This document shows positions 53,903 to 62,378 of a DNA stretch of 64,000 nucleotides, in pieces. The translations under genes and the position numbers were made by a program. Source of the stretch: Candidatus Peribacteraceae bacterium (GTDB taxonomy: Bacteria > Patescibacteriota > Gracilibacteria > Peribacterales > Peribacteraceae); contig JAGOTD010000005.1 of the NCBI GenBank assembly GCA_018061945.1, positions 2,278-66,277 on the forward strand, in the 5' to 3' direction. The notes beneath the pieces were generated by a model. That model ran no database searches and had not been told where the DNA came from. It worked only from the letters and a program-made list of their open reading frames with translations. Numbering within the stretch: position 1 is the stretch's first letter; every line of letters begins with the position of its first letter.

Positions 53903-54454
53903 ATGCCTGATCAATTCTTTCTCGATTTTCTGATTCTCTTCAAGCGGCAAACAGAGGAAATGTGGGTGAATAAGGAATTGGAAAGAGATATCTACGGCTT
54001 TCAGGTGCAAGCCGGTACCAAGTGGTTGCCTGGTTTATCGCCCGAACAAATACGTGCGTACGAACACGATATCGGCTGCGTATTTCCGCATGAGCTGCGA
54101 CAATTTCTCTCGGTGATGAATGGGCTGGATCGCGAGTCGATCAATATCTACGGCATGTCGGGCGAGCCATTTCTTACCAAGCACACGGTCTATGCGTATC
54201 CGCGCGATTTTGAGCTGATCCACGGTCAAATCACGTCGCTTCAGAAATCAGCGCAAGAACTGGCGCCCCTATTAACAGACCTGCGTATTTCGGCAGCCAC
54301 CGTTCGTTTTGTTCCTCTGTATATGGGTAGTTATGTTGTGTGTGCCGATGATCCTTCGTACAATCCGGTTATTTTCTGCGATGGATCTTTTGTAGAGCTG
54401 GTCAGCGAAACATTGAAAGAAGCTTTGGAGTTACGTTTCCTTCCGTCAGTTTAA
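53903..54454 (+). CDS. SMI1/KNR4 (SUKH-1) family protein
   Basis: LSPEQIRAYEHDIGCVFPHELRQFLSVMNG is the typical SUKH N-terminal signature. Confidence 0.65.
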   Translation: MPDQFFLDFLILFKRQTEEMWVNKELERDIYGFQVQAGTKWLPGLSPEQIRAYEHDIGCVFPHELRQFLSVMNGLDRESINIYGMSGEPFLTKHTVYAYPRDFELIHGQITSLQKSAQELAPLLTDLRISAATVRFVPLYMGSYVVCADDPSYNPVIFCDGSFVELVSETLKEALELRFLPSV

Positions 54455-55527
54455 TCTGCTGTTTCCAGTGTTGTTCGCAGTTCCCGCATCGCTTCCAGTG
54501 TCACTCCGATATTCTGCAAGCACGCAATCGTTTCGCCGTAGCGTTCACCGATTTTGAAGAGATGATGCAGGTAGCTTTTTTTGTGATTGCGGCTGGTGGG
54601 AGCAGGGGAGAGGGGATCGATAACCGAATCATCCTGCAAAAACTCAGCGCGACGAATACGCAGCTTTGTGCCGTCTTTCAGCCAAATATTGCCATGGCGT
54701 GCTTCGCGCATGGGCGAGACGCAATCGAACATATCGATGCCACGTTTTACCGCTTCGCGATGCTGATGCAGTTCCCCAACTCCCATCAAATATCGTGGTT
54801 TATCAGTTGGAAGTAACGGACAGACGTAATCGAGAACGGAAAACATATCCTCCTCCGTTTCGCCAACAGCCAGACCGCCGATTGCGTAGCCATCAAAACC
54901 AATCGCCATCAATTCCTCCGCACACTTCTGGCGCAGATCGCGCTCGAGACCGCCTTGGACGATACCGAAGAGAAATTTCTGCTTACCCGGATGCGTCTGC
55001 AGCAATTGCTCGTGTGTTTGCTTGCAAACCTTGGCCCAGCGTAAGGTTCGGTCAACTGCTTTTATTTGATCGGCTTTTGGAGCGGTAGATGGCGGACATT
55101 CGTCGAAACACATAATGATATCGGCACCGAGCTTGTGCTGAATGGTGATCGATTCTTTGGGTCCTAGGAAGATAGGTGCGCCACTTCGGTGATTGCGAAA
55201 CTGCACGCCTTCGTCGGTGATCGATCGAATCTTGCTGAGCGAAAATACTTGGTAGCCGCCAGAATCGGTGAGGATCGGCTTTGGCCAATGGATGAATTCG
55301 TGGAGTCCACCGGCACGCTCCACAACATTCTCACCCGGATGAATATGCAGATGATACGTATTGCACAGCAGGGCTTGGGCGCCCAGTGCATGCAAATCGT
55401 CGAACGTAATGCCTTTCATGGCACCAGCCGTTGCAACCGGAAAGAAAAACGGGGTTTCGATGCTGCCATGCGCGGTTTCAATGACCCCGCGTCGGCCGAG
55501 GGATGATTGACGTTTGAGTGTGAACAT
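54451..55527 (-). CDS. tgt: tRNA-guanine transglycosylase
   Basis: TPFFFPVAT, DSGGYQVFS, GGLAVGE and the C-terminal zinc segment are present. Confidence 0.9.
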   Translation of the reverse strand: MFTLKRQSSLGRRGVIETAHGSIETPFFFPVATAGAMKGITFDDLHALGAQALLCNTYHLHIHPGENVVERAGGLHEFIHWPKPILTDSGGYQVFSLSKIRSITDEGVQFRNHRSGAPIFLGPKESITIQHKLGADIIMCFDECPPSTAPKADQIKAVDRTLRWAKVCKQTHEQLLQTHPGKQKFLFGIVQGGLERDLRQKCAEELMAIGFDGYAIGGLAVGETEEDMFSVLDYVCPLLPTDKPRYLMGVGELHQHREAVKRGIDMFDCVSPMREARHGNIWLKDGTKLRIRRAEFLQDDSVIDPLSPAPTSRNHKKSYLHHLFKIGERYGETIACLQNIGVTLEAMRELRTTLETAD

Positions 55528-55541
55528 GAGGTTAGTATAAA

Positions 55542-55581
55542 GGAATCAGACGACTCAGACGACTCAAAAGACTCAAAGGAG
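55542..55581. repeat. Family B word array, single arm
   Basis: ggaatcagac gactcagac gactcaaaa gactcaaag ga. Confidence 0.85.
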
Positions 55582-55714
55582 AAGAGGATTATTGGAATGA
55601 TCGGCTTTGCTTAAAAGCTCATCAGCTAAGAAGCTAAAAGCTATTTTCCTCTGTTGTCACTTGAAAATCTGCAAACACTCTTCATAGTAGACATTGTTCT
55701 TCACACTCTTTGCT

Positions 55715-56140
55715 ATGGCCATGCATCCGACTAGTACTCCGTGGGTCATCAACTTCATCATTCGTATCAGCCTCGGTGCTTGCATGATTATGGTCGGTAT
55801 TGCCATGTATCGTGAGTTTCAGCCGTTTGAAGCGAGTGTTGTGGATGGTATGGGCTTTCTGCGAATACACGGAACAATCTGGGCGTATGCGATGCCTGCA
55901 CTGCTCATAGTCGGTGGTGGGCTGCTTATGTACGGGAAAGGTATGTTTATTACCGCATGGGTTGGTGGTATTGCGCTTTGTTCCGTACCGGTGGGTTTAC
56001 TACTTAAAACCATTCTTTCGGGTCACCCGTTGCCCGATATTCTCACTGCTTTGTATCCGTACTTTCTGTGGATTATTTTGTTCTGGATTGGCGTGAATAT
56101 TCCGTATGTTGAAAAAGGCGAGAAAGGGGATGAAGAGTAA
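55715..56140 (+). CDS. Membrane protein, function unknown
   Basis: Four hydrophobic helices. ATG at 55715; the track TTG at 55694 is an alternative. Confidence 0.65.
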   Translation: MAMHPTSTPWVINFIIRISLGACMIMVGIAMYREFQPFEASVVDGMGFLRIHGTIWAYAMPALLIVGGGLLMYGKGMFITAWVGGIALCSVPVGLLLKTILSGHPLPDILTALYPYFLWIILFWIGVNIPYVEKGEKGDEE

Positions 56141-56175
56141 AGATGCAGATAATTCGCAGAATAGAGGAATCTCGG

Positions 56176-56270
56176 AAAAAATTTGAAGATCAAAGAACCA
56201 AATCCGAGGCAAAATCGATAGTCGAGCTTCGAAATTGTTTAGAATTTGGTTCTTCTGAGTTCGTGCTTAA
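56176..56270. repeat. Word-array palindrome, family F
   Basis: ttgaagatcaaagaaccaaatccgaggcaaaatcg ... cttcgaaattgtttagaatttggttcttctgagttcgtgc. Confidence 0.7.
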
Positions 56271-56271
56271 T

Positions 56272-56862
56272 TTAGACTGGTTTGCTCTCAATAATCTTAT
56301 CGATGATGCCATACTCAAGTGCTTCTTTTGCGCTTAGGTATTTATCGCGCTCCGTGTCATTTTTTACTTTTGCTATTTTCTGGCCACTATGGCGGGCGAT
56401 CATTTCGTTGAGCATGTCTTTCATGCGGATGATGTGTTCTGCGTGGATCGCGATATCGGTTGCCTGGCCTTCGGTGCCCCCGAGTGGCTGGTGAATCATA
56501 ATTTCCGAATGCGGCAGGGCGTAGCGTTTGCCCTTGGCTCCACCGAGCAGGATGATAGCGCCACCAGATGCGGCCATGCCCAGACAAACAGTCGAAACGT
56601 CTGGCGCAATAAGTTGCATCGTATCGTACATTGCGAGAGTGGAACTTACCTGACCGCCAGGGGAGTTCACGTACATAATAATGTCTTTCTTTGGGTCCGA
56701 CTTTTCGAGGAACAAAAGCTGCGCGATAACCGAGTTGGCAATCGAGTCGTTGATCTGTGTGCCCATAAAGACGATGCGCTCCTCGAGCAAGCGAGAGTAA
56801 ATGTCGTAGACGCGTTCACCAAACTGCGTTTTCTCGATGACCGTTGGAATAATGGTGTTCAT
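56272..56862 (-). CDS. clpP: ATP-dependent Clp protease proteolytic subunit
   Basis: [26 protein letters not shown] is the canonical N-terminus. The catalytic Ser lies in GMAASGG and the His in MIHQP. The longer track start at 57009 is probably an overextension. Confidence 0.9.
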   Translation of the reverse strand: MNTIIPTVIEKTQFGERVYDIYSRLLEERIVFMGTQINDSIANSVIAQLLFLEKSDPKKDIIMYVNSPGGQVSSTLAMYDTMQLIAPDVSTVCLGMAASGGAIILLGGAKGKRYALPHSEIMIHQPLGGTEGQATDIAIHAEHIIRMKDMLNEMIARHSGQKIAKVKNDTERDKYLSAKEALEYGIIDKIIESKPV

Positions 56863-57020
56863 TGGATTTATATGACCACGCGAAATCTGGTTGGCCACGG
56901 ACTGAATCATTGGGTGCATAGGATTTTGAAGAATTGGAAGAAGAATCGCTTTCAGTATACCATTTTTTCTCTGTTTCTCGCAGTTTTCATTGAATTTTTC
57001 TATGGTCAAATACTATATGC

Positions 57021-57056
57021 GCGAATCACGAATTATGAAGTACGAATTACGAATTT
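57021..57056. repeat. Family A word array, single arm
   Basis: gcgaatcacgaattatgaagtacgaattacgaattt. Confidence 0.8.
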
Positions 57057-57113
57057 GTGTATCAATACATCCGCAGCCGGGACACCGTGTCCCGGAAGAG
57101 GTATGATTATTGG

Positions 57114-58055
57114 GTGATCGCTCAGATACAACATGATTGGCAATCTATTACTCGTAATTTTTTACAGACGGCGGCAAAGCCTCTTATTGTCGTGCTCGGG
57201 CCGACGGCGAGTGGGAAGACGGGGTTTTCCATCCAGCTCGCTCATTTTCTGCAATCTGATGCTCATACATCGGCTGAGATTATCAACGCCGATTCGCGTC
57301 AGCTCTACAAATATTTAGATATAGGAACGGCGAAAATTACGCAGGAGGAAATGGAGAATATTCCGCATCATCTTTTTTCGGTTCTTGATCCAAAGCAGCC
57401 GGTCACCATTGGTTGGTATCAGCGTGAGGCGACAGCGTTCATCGATCAGATTCAGCAAAGAAAACATGTACCGATGTTGGTCGGTGGTTCCATGCTCTAC
57501 ATCAGCGCGATTATTGATGGATTAGTACCGGTTGAAAAATCAGCCCCAACAATTCGATCACGCTTAGAAGCAGAATATATGATTGATGGTGGTGTTACGC
57601 TCTGGAAAAAATTGGAAGCGATTGATCCGCAATCAGCTGCGAGTATTCCGCATCAGAATAAGCATTATTTGATTCGTGCGCTGGAGATGCATGAACTCAC
57701 TGGTAAAACGAAATCGCAGTTGAGCAATCAATCAGTCTGTCCATACGACGTATTGATATTCGGCATTCATCGTGAACGATCGGCATTGGTTCATCGCATC
57801 AATCAGCGAACAAAATTGATGATCGAAAACGGCTGGATCAAAGAAGTGCAATCGTTGATTGATCGAGGATATTCCATTGATGATCCGGCAATGGAAAGCA
57901 GTGGTTATCGTGAGATTGCAGAGTTTGTCGTATCGAAAGGAAAGAAAGAGGATCTGATTGAACGCATCAGTGCTAAAACCCGTCAGTATGCCAAAAGACA
58001 GACAACGTGGTGGCGAAATGATGGGCGGATTGTGTGGATTGATGGAAAAAGCTAG
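57114..58055 (+). CDS. miaA: tRNA dimethylallyltransferase
   Basis: The P-loop VVLGPTASGKT is present, along with DSRQLYK and GGSMLY. The start is uncertain. GTG at 57114 was preferred because GTG at 57057 would translate repeat and hairpin words. Confidence 0.85.
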   Translation: MIAQIQHDWQSITRNFLQTAAKPLIVVLGPTASGKTGFSIQLAHFLQSDAHTSAEIINADSRQLYKYLDIGTAKITQEEMENIPHHLFSVLDPKQPVTIGWYQREATAFIDQIQQRKHVPMLVGGSMLYISAIIDGLVPVEKSAPTIRSRLEAEYMIDGGVTLWKKLEAIDPQSAASIPHQNKHYLIRALEMHELTGKTKSQLSNQSVCPYDVLIFGIHRERSALVHRINQRTKLMIENGWIKEVQSLIDRGYSIDDPAMESSGYREIAEFVVSKGKKEDLIERISAKTRQYAKRQTTWWRNDGRIVWIDGKS

Positions 58056-58438
58056 AAGAGGAAGATGCTGCGTACTTCCTCCAATCGTTCTAGTATATCT
58101 TGGAGATGGCTGATCATCGTTTCGAGCTGTGGCGATTCGTCGGGAGTGTGTTTGGACAGATGAAATTCGGTTACGTGTTGCAGCTGGCTTGCGATATTGA
58201 CGAGGCTTAAGTCGACTTTAGTCTTTCCTTCTTGTGGCAAAGCATCGTATTTTGTTTTGTCGATAAATGTTTCCGGGCGCACAGGATCGATAGTGCCTGC
58301 GTCGATCAGCGACAGAATTTTTTGCAAAAATTGCAAGTGATCATCGCTTATTTTTCCTGCTTGAGCTTTCCCCATTTCTTTCTGATCTTTTGTGGAAAGA
58401 TCTGGCGCGTCGGACATTTGCTGGAGGAAGTCGGACAT
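58052..58438 (-). CDS. Hypothetical protein
   Basis: 128-aa acidic helical ORF. Its end overlaps the miaA end by 4 nt (convergent). Confidence 0.6.
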   Translation of the reverse strand: MSDFLQQMSDAPDLSTKDQKEMGKAQAGKISDDHLQFLQKILSLIDAGTIDPVRPETFIDKTKYDALPQEGKTKVDLSLVNIASQLQHVTEFHLSKHTPDESPQLETMISHLQDILERLEEVRSIFLF

Positions 58439-58493
58439 AGGCCGCAGTATAGCATTGCTCGAAGTTTTTGTGAATTATTCGCACAGACTGAGT

Positions 58494-58562
58494 CGAATCA
58501 CGAGGTACGAATTACGAAGTACGACAATTCGTACTTCGTAATTCGAGATTCGTACTTCGCGC
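58494..58562. repeat. Word-array palindrome, family A
   Basis: cgaatcacgaggtacgaattacgaagtacga - caa - ttcgtacttcgtaattcgagattcgtacttcgcg. It lies between divergent genes. Confidence 0.85.
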
Positions 58563-58583
58563 AAGTGGTGTACAATCATCCAC

Positions 58584-60707
58584 GTGCAGCTTACCGATAT
58601 CCTCACCAGCAAGACGCTCAAAACAACGGATATTTTTGTGGAGGCGCTGAAGACCATGAATATTCATACAGTGCAGGATTTGCTCTTGTACTTGCCACGC
58701 AGCCACGAGGATTTGAGCGAAGTGACCACACTGCTTTCGGCGCCACTGGGAGTGAAAGTGACATTGCGTGGAACAATCGACAACTTAAAATTGGTACGAC
58801 TGAAAGGCGGCAAGCGCGTCTTGGTGCAGGCGGAGTTTATCGACGAAGAAGGAGAGAAGGCGCAGGTCGTGTGGTTTAACCAGGCGCACGTGATGCGCAT
58901 GCTCACCAATGGCCAGAATGTCGCGCTGTCGGGCAAGGTCGTCGAAAACGGCTATAAGTTGCAGCTACAAAGCCCGACGTTCGAGAAAGGGGATCGAACG
59001 CAGCTGCTGCATGCCGGTCGCATTGTTGCTGTGTATCCGCAGACTGAGACGATCAATACCAAATGGCTGCGCGAGAAAATGGCGCTCGTGAAAGATGCGA
59101 TTACGCAACTACGCGAAACACTGCCAGAGGAAGTGATCGCCGACGAGAAATTACTGTCGCGGTCCGATACGATCGCCGAGCTGCATTTTCCATCTACTCC
59201 TGAGCGGTTACAGCTTGCTAAAGACCGTATGGCATTCGAAGAAATGTATCGGATTCAGTCGCAAGCGCTCGAGCGCAAACGGCAGTGGCAGGGAGAAAAA
59301 CAGAAGCGACTATCGATTCCGATGGATATCGAACTCATCAAAGCATTTTTCGCATCACTCAAATTTACGCCAACTGGCGGACAGAAAGTGGCGATTTACG
59401 AAATACTCAAAGATATGGAACGCGAAGTGCCGATGTCGCGGCTCCTCGAAGGCGATGTGGGTTCGGGCAAAACACTTGTGGCGGTTGCAGTGATTGCCAA
59501 CACGATTCGTAGCGGCGGACAGGCAGCGTTGATGGTTCCAACGGAAGTGCTGGCGAAACAGCATGCCGTGAGCATTGCAACACTACTGGTGAAATTGCAT
59601 GCGTATTTGCAAACAGGGAGTCATGCTTCCATTGATTGGGAGACGACGGGGGAAAAGGCCAAATCCCAACTACTAATTACCAATAAGAGCGCCCCTTCGC
59701 GGGCGCGGTTGAATGAGGAAAAGATAGATTTTCGCTTGCCATCGATTGCACTGCTCACCGGTTCTACTCCTAAATCCGAGGCGGATGATATTCGTAGTCG
59801 CTTGGCATCGGGTTTGATCGACTTGGTGATCGGCACGCATTCGCTCATCGAGAGTGGCGTGCAGTTTAAGGATTTGAAACTCGCGATTGTCGATGAGCAA
59901 CATAGATTCGGTGTCATGCAGCGACAGAAATTGAAAGACAAAGGCAATCCGCATTTTCTGGCGATGACGGCCACTCCCATTCCGCGCACACTCGCACTCA
60001 CGGCGTTCGGCGATCACGATCTTTCTGTGCTGATGGAAAAGCCGGGTAACCGACGCGTGATCCAGACCAAGGTCGTCTCGCCCGAAGGCCGGCGTACAGT
60101 TGAGTTGTTTATCGATAATCAAATCGCGGCTGGTCGGCAAGTATTTGTCATTTGTCCGCTCATTTCCGATTCCAAAGCGGATGAAATGCTGGAAGTAAAA
60201 AGCGTAGAAGCCGAACTCAAGCGTCTCACCAAAGCTTTTTCGCATCGCAAAATTATCAGCCTGCACGGCAAAATGACGCCGGCCGAAAAAGATGACATTA
60301 TGTTGCGATTTAAATCCAGAGAATACGACATTCTTGTTTCAACGTCTGTCATCGAAGTCGGCATCGATGTGCCCAATACGACCATTATGATTATCGAAGG
60401 TGCTGAGCGTTTTGGCTTAGCCCAGCTGCATCAGTTTCGTGGAAGAGTCGGGCGTGGTGAGTATCAGAGTTACTGTTTTCTGTGCACGACAACACCACAG
60501 CAATCGCATTCACAAAGACTCAAAGCCATGGAAGAGCACGACAGCGGATTCATGCTGGCCGAAATCGATCTTAAAATACGCGGGCCAGGCGAGATGTACG
60601 GCCTTCGCCAGAGCGGAGTGCCGGAAATGAAATTTGGCAGTCTGCTCAATATCGATCTCGTCGTGCGCGCAAGAAAGGCGGCGGAGAAGATGCTGGCAGC
60701 GTCGTAA
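58584..60707 (+). CDS. recG: ATP-dependent DNA helicase RecG
   Basis: There is an N-terminal wedge/OB region. Helicase motifs GDVGSGKT and DEQHRFGV are present, along with the TRG-like C-terminus. GTG start. Confidence 0.9.
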   Translation: MQLTDILTSKTLKTTDIFVEALKTMNIHTVQDLLLYLPRSHEDLSEVTTLLSAPLGVKVTLRGTIDNLKLVRLKGGKRVLVQAEFIDEEGEKAQVVWFNQAHVMRMLTNGQNVALSGKVVENGYKLQLQSPTFEKGDRTQLLHAGRIVAVYPQTETINTKWLREKMALVKDAITQLRETLPEEVIADEKLLSRSDTIAELHFPSTPERLQLAKDRMAFEEMYRIQSQALERKRQWQGEKQKRLSIPMDIELIKAFFASLKFTPTGGQKVAIYEILKDMEREVPMSRLLEGDVGSGKTLVAVAVIANTIRSGGQAALMVPTEVLAKQHAVSIATLLVKLHAYLQTGSHASIDWETTGEKAKSQLLITNKSAPSRARLNEEKIDFRLPSIALLTGSTPKSEADDIRSRLASGLIDLVIGTHSLIESGVQFKDLKLAIVDEQHRFGVMQRQKLKDKGNPHFLAMTATPIPRTLALTAFGDHDLSVLMEKPGNRRVIQTKVVSPEGRRTVELFIDNQIAAGRQVFVICPLISDSKADEMLEVKSVEAELKRLTKAFSHRKIISLHGKMTPAEKDDIMLRFKSREYDILVSTSVIEVGIDVPNTTIMIIEGAERFGLAQLHQFRGRVGRGEYQSYCFLCTTTPQQSHSQRLKAMEEHDSGFMLAEIDLKIRGPGEMYGLRQSGVPEMKFGSLLNIDLVVRARKAAEKMLAAS

Positions 60708-60792
60708 CGCCCACGTCAGTCGTCATTGCATTTGTGCAGCTTCGTTGAGCAGCATATTTTTATTGGGCACCCTCTTCGCTACTGTAAGAGTC

Positions 60793-61326
60793 ATGCCCTC
60801 TTCTAAAACTCCTAAAAATAATATTTCGCTCATCGTCGGTCTCACAATTCCGGTTGTTATGATCGTTGCGATGCTGCTGCTTATCTATGTTCCGAAATTT
60901 CTGAATCAGCCGACGCAGAATTTTTTGTACGCTGATATGGGGACGTATTATTCGTATGGATCGCCGGTCTTTACTGTCACGGGCAATCGCTTGGAGCAGT
61001 TACCAAAGCCGTATGCAGAGAGTGGATCGTCGATTATCCCCGAACGTGCGCCAGTGCTTTACGTCTATGATGTGCAGAAGAATACATCCACGGTTATTTT
61101 CCTGGATGATGCCAAGAAATTGCGTCTCGATTCGACCCCGCAGTCAGCCGATGGCTTTGCGGTGACGCAAGGAAATAATAACAGCGGTATTTTTTCGTTG
61201 TTTGGCGGAGGATACGACTATAACGCGTGGTACATCGTTGGCAATGGCGTGAGTCAAAAACTCAATCTATCGGTCCCACGTTATGGCTATGGCTTTACAT
61301 TTCTTGGCTGGATTCTTCCTCAATAA
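60793..61326 (+). CDS. Membrane-anchored extracytoplasmic protein
   Basis: ATG at 60793, followed by a TM (ISLIVGLTIPVVMIVAMLLLIYV). The track start at 60634 overlaps recG. Confidence 0.65.
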   Translation: MPSSKTPKNNISLIVGLTIPVVMIVAMLLLIYVPKFLNQPTQNFLYADMGTYYSYGSPVFTVTGNRLEQLPKPYAESGSSIIPERAPVLYVYDVQKNTSTVIFLDDAKKLRLDSTPQSADGFAVTQGNNNSGIFSLFGGGYDYNAWYIVGNGVSQKLNLSVPRYGYGFTFLGWILPQ

Positions 61327-61331
61327 TTTCT

Positions 61332-62378
61332 ATGGATAAACATACACTCCTTGCAGAAGTCCGTTCGATGGCGGCAGCGGAAAAAATTACCAAACAGGAA
61401 CTTTTGTCGGCTTTTGCTGGTACTGGCCCATCAAATAATGACACTATGCACCATGCATTTGGCATCGTGGAAATTTTGTATTATATCGGTGGTGCGATTG
61501 TCTTTATGGGTATTGCAGTGCTCATCAGCCAGCATTGGAATGAATTGAGCCCACTCGTTCGCATATTTGTGACACTCGGCTCGGGTATTGCGGCGTACAT
61601 TGTGGCGGTACTCTTTGCACAGTACAAAAAATTGGCAGGTGTGTCACAGGCATTCTTCTTTCTTTCGGCACTTCTTCTGCCATTTGGTCTCGCTATCGCC
61701 TTTCAAGAAGCCGGTTGGAGATTTTCGCAGGCCGCCCCTCAGAGCATTGTTTCTGCTCTGCTGCTTGCTACGTACCTGTCATCTTACTTTGTTTTTCGCA
61801 CCAAACTCTTCATCGTTTTTTCCCTCATTTTTGGAACATGGCTGTTTATCAGCGTGACAAATTTTTTGATGATGAATCAATTGTATTTGAATGTGTGGGA
61901 TTTTTATGAGTATCGAGCTTTAGCTGTTGGTCTCTCGTATATTTTCTTAGGCTACGCTTTCAAAACCACGACACTCGCCGGCCTTACGCAGCGTTTGTAT
62001 TCGTGGGGAGCGTTCATCTTTCTTACTGCCGCCATTATGCTCGGTGGCTGGTCGCCGGAGCAGAATGTTCTGTGGGAAGTTCTTTTCCCAGGTCTTGTTT
62101 TTGCGTTCATGTTTTTAAGCACCATTCTCAAAAGCCGCGGCTTCCTGTTTGCCGGTTCTTTTTATCTGATGGTTTTCATCATCAAAATAACATCTGAATA
62201 TTTTGCCAATAGCTTTGGTTGGCCGCTTGCGCTGGTTTTGTGTGGATTTGCTCTGATTGGTGTCGGGTATGGAACGTTCTCAATGAATAATCGTCTCAAA
62301 AATGTGAAGAGTGCAGCTACATCACCTCAAGCGGGTCGACGTCCACAATCACGTCGGTCAGATCCAGCTTCGAAATAA
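61332..62378 (+). CDS. Polytopic membrane protein
   Basis: ATG at 61332. A soluble N-terminal 50 aa is followed by 8 or more TM helices. Confidence 0.7.
   Translation: MDKHTLLAEVRSMAAAEKITKQELLSAFAGTGPSNNDTMHHAFGIVEILYYIGGAIVFMGIAVLISQHWNELSPLVRIFVTLGSGIAAYIVAVLFAQYKKLAGVSQAFFFLSALLLPFGLAIAFQEAGWRFSQAAPQSIVSALLLATYLSSYFVFRTKLFIVFSLIFGTWLFISVTNFLMMNQLYLNVWDFYEYRALAVGLSYIFLGYAFKTTTLAGLTQRLYSWGAFIFLTAAIMLGGWSPEQNVLWEVLFPGLVFAFMFLSTILKSRGFLFAGSFYLMVFIIKITSEYFANSFGWPLALVLCGFALIGVGYGTFSMNNRLKNVKSAATSPQAGRRPQSRRSDPASK

Noticed and set aside
59673-60266. 197-aa - strand ORF
   Set aside because: It is antisense to the recG helicase core.
62317-62378. 62-nt convergent overlap of the membrane gene and priA as a regulatory feature
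   Set aside because: It is most simply explained by a low-complexity Arg/Ser/Pro tail of the membrane ORF running past its functional end. There is no structure or motif in the overlap.
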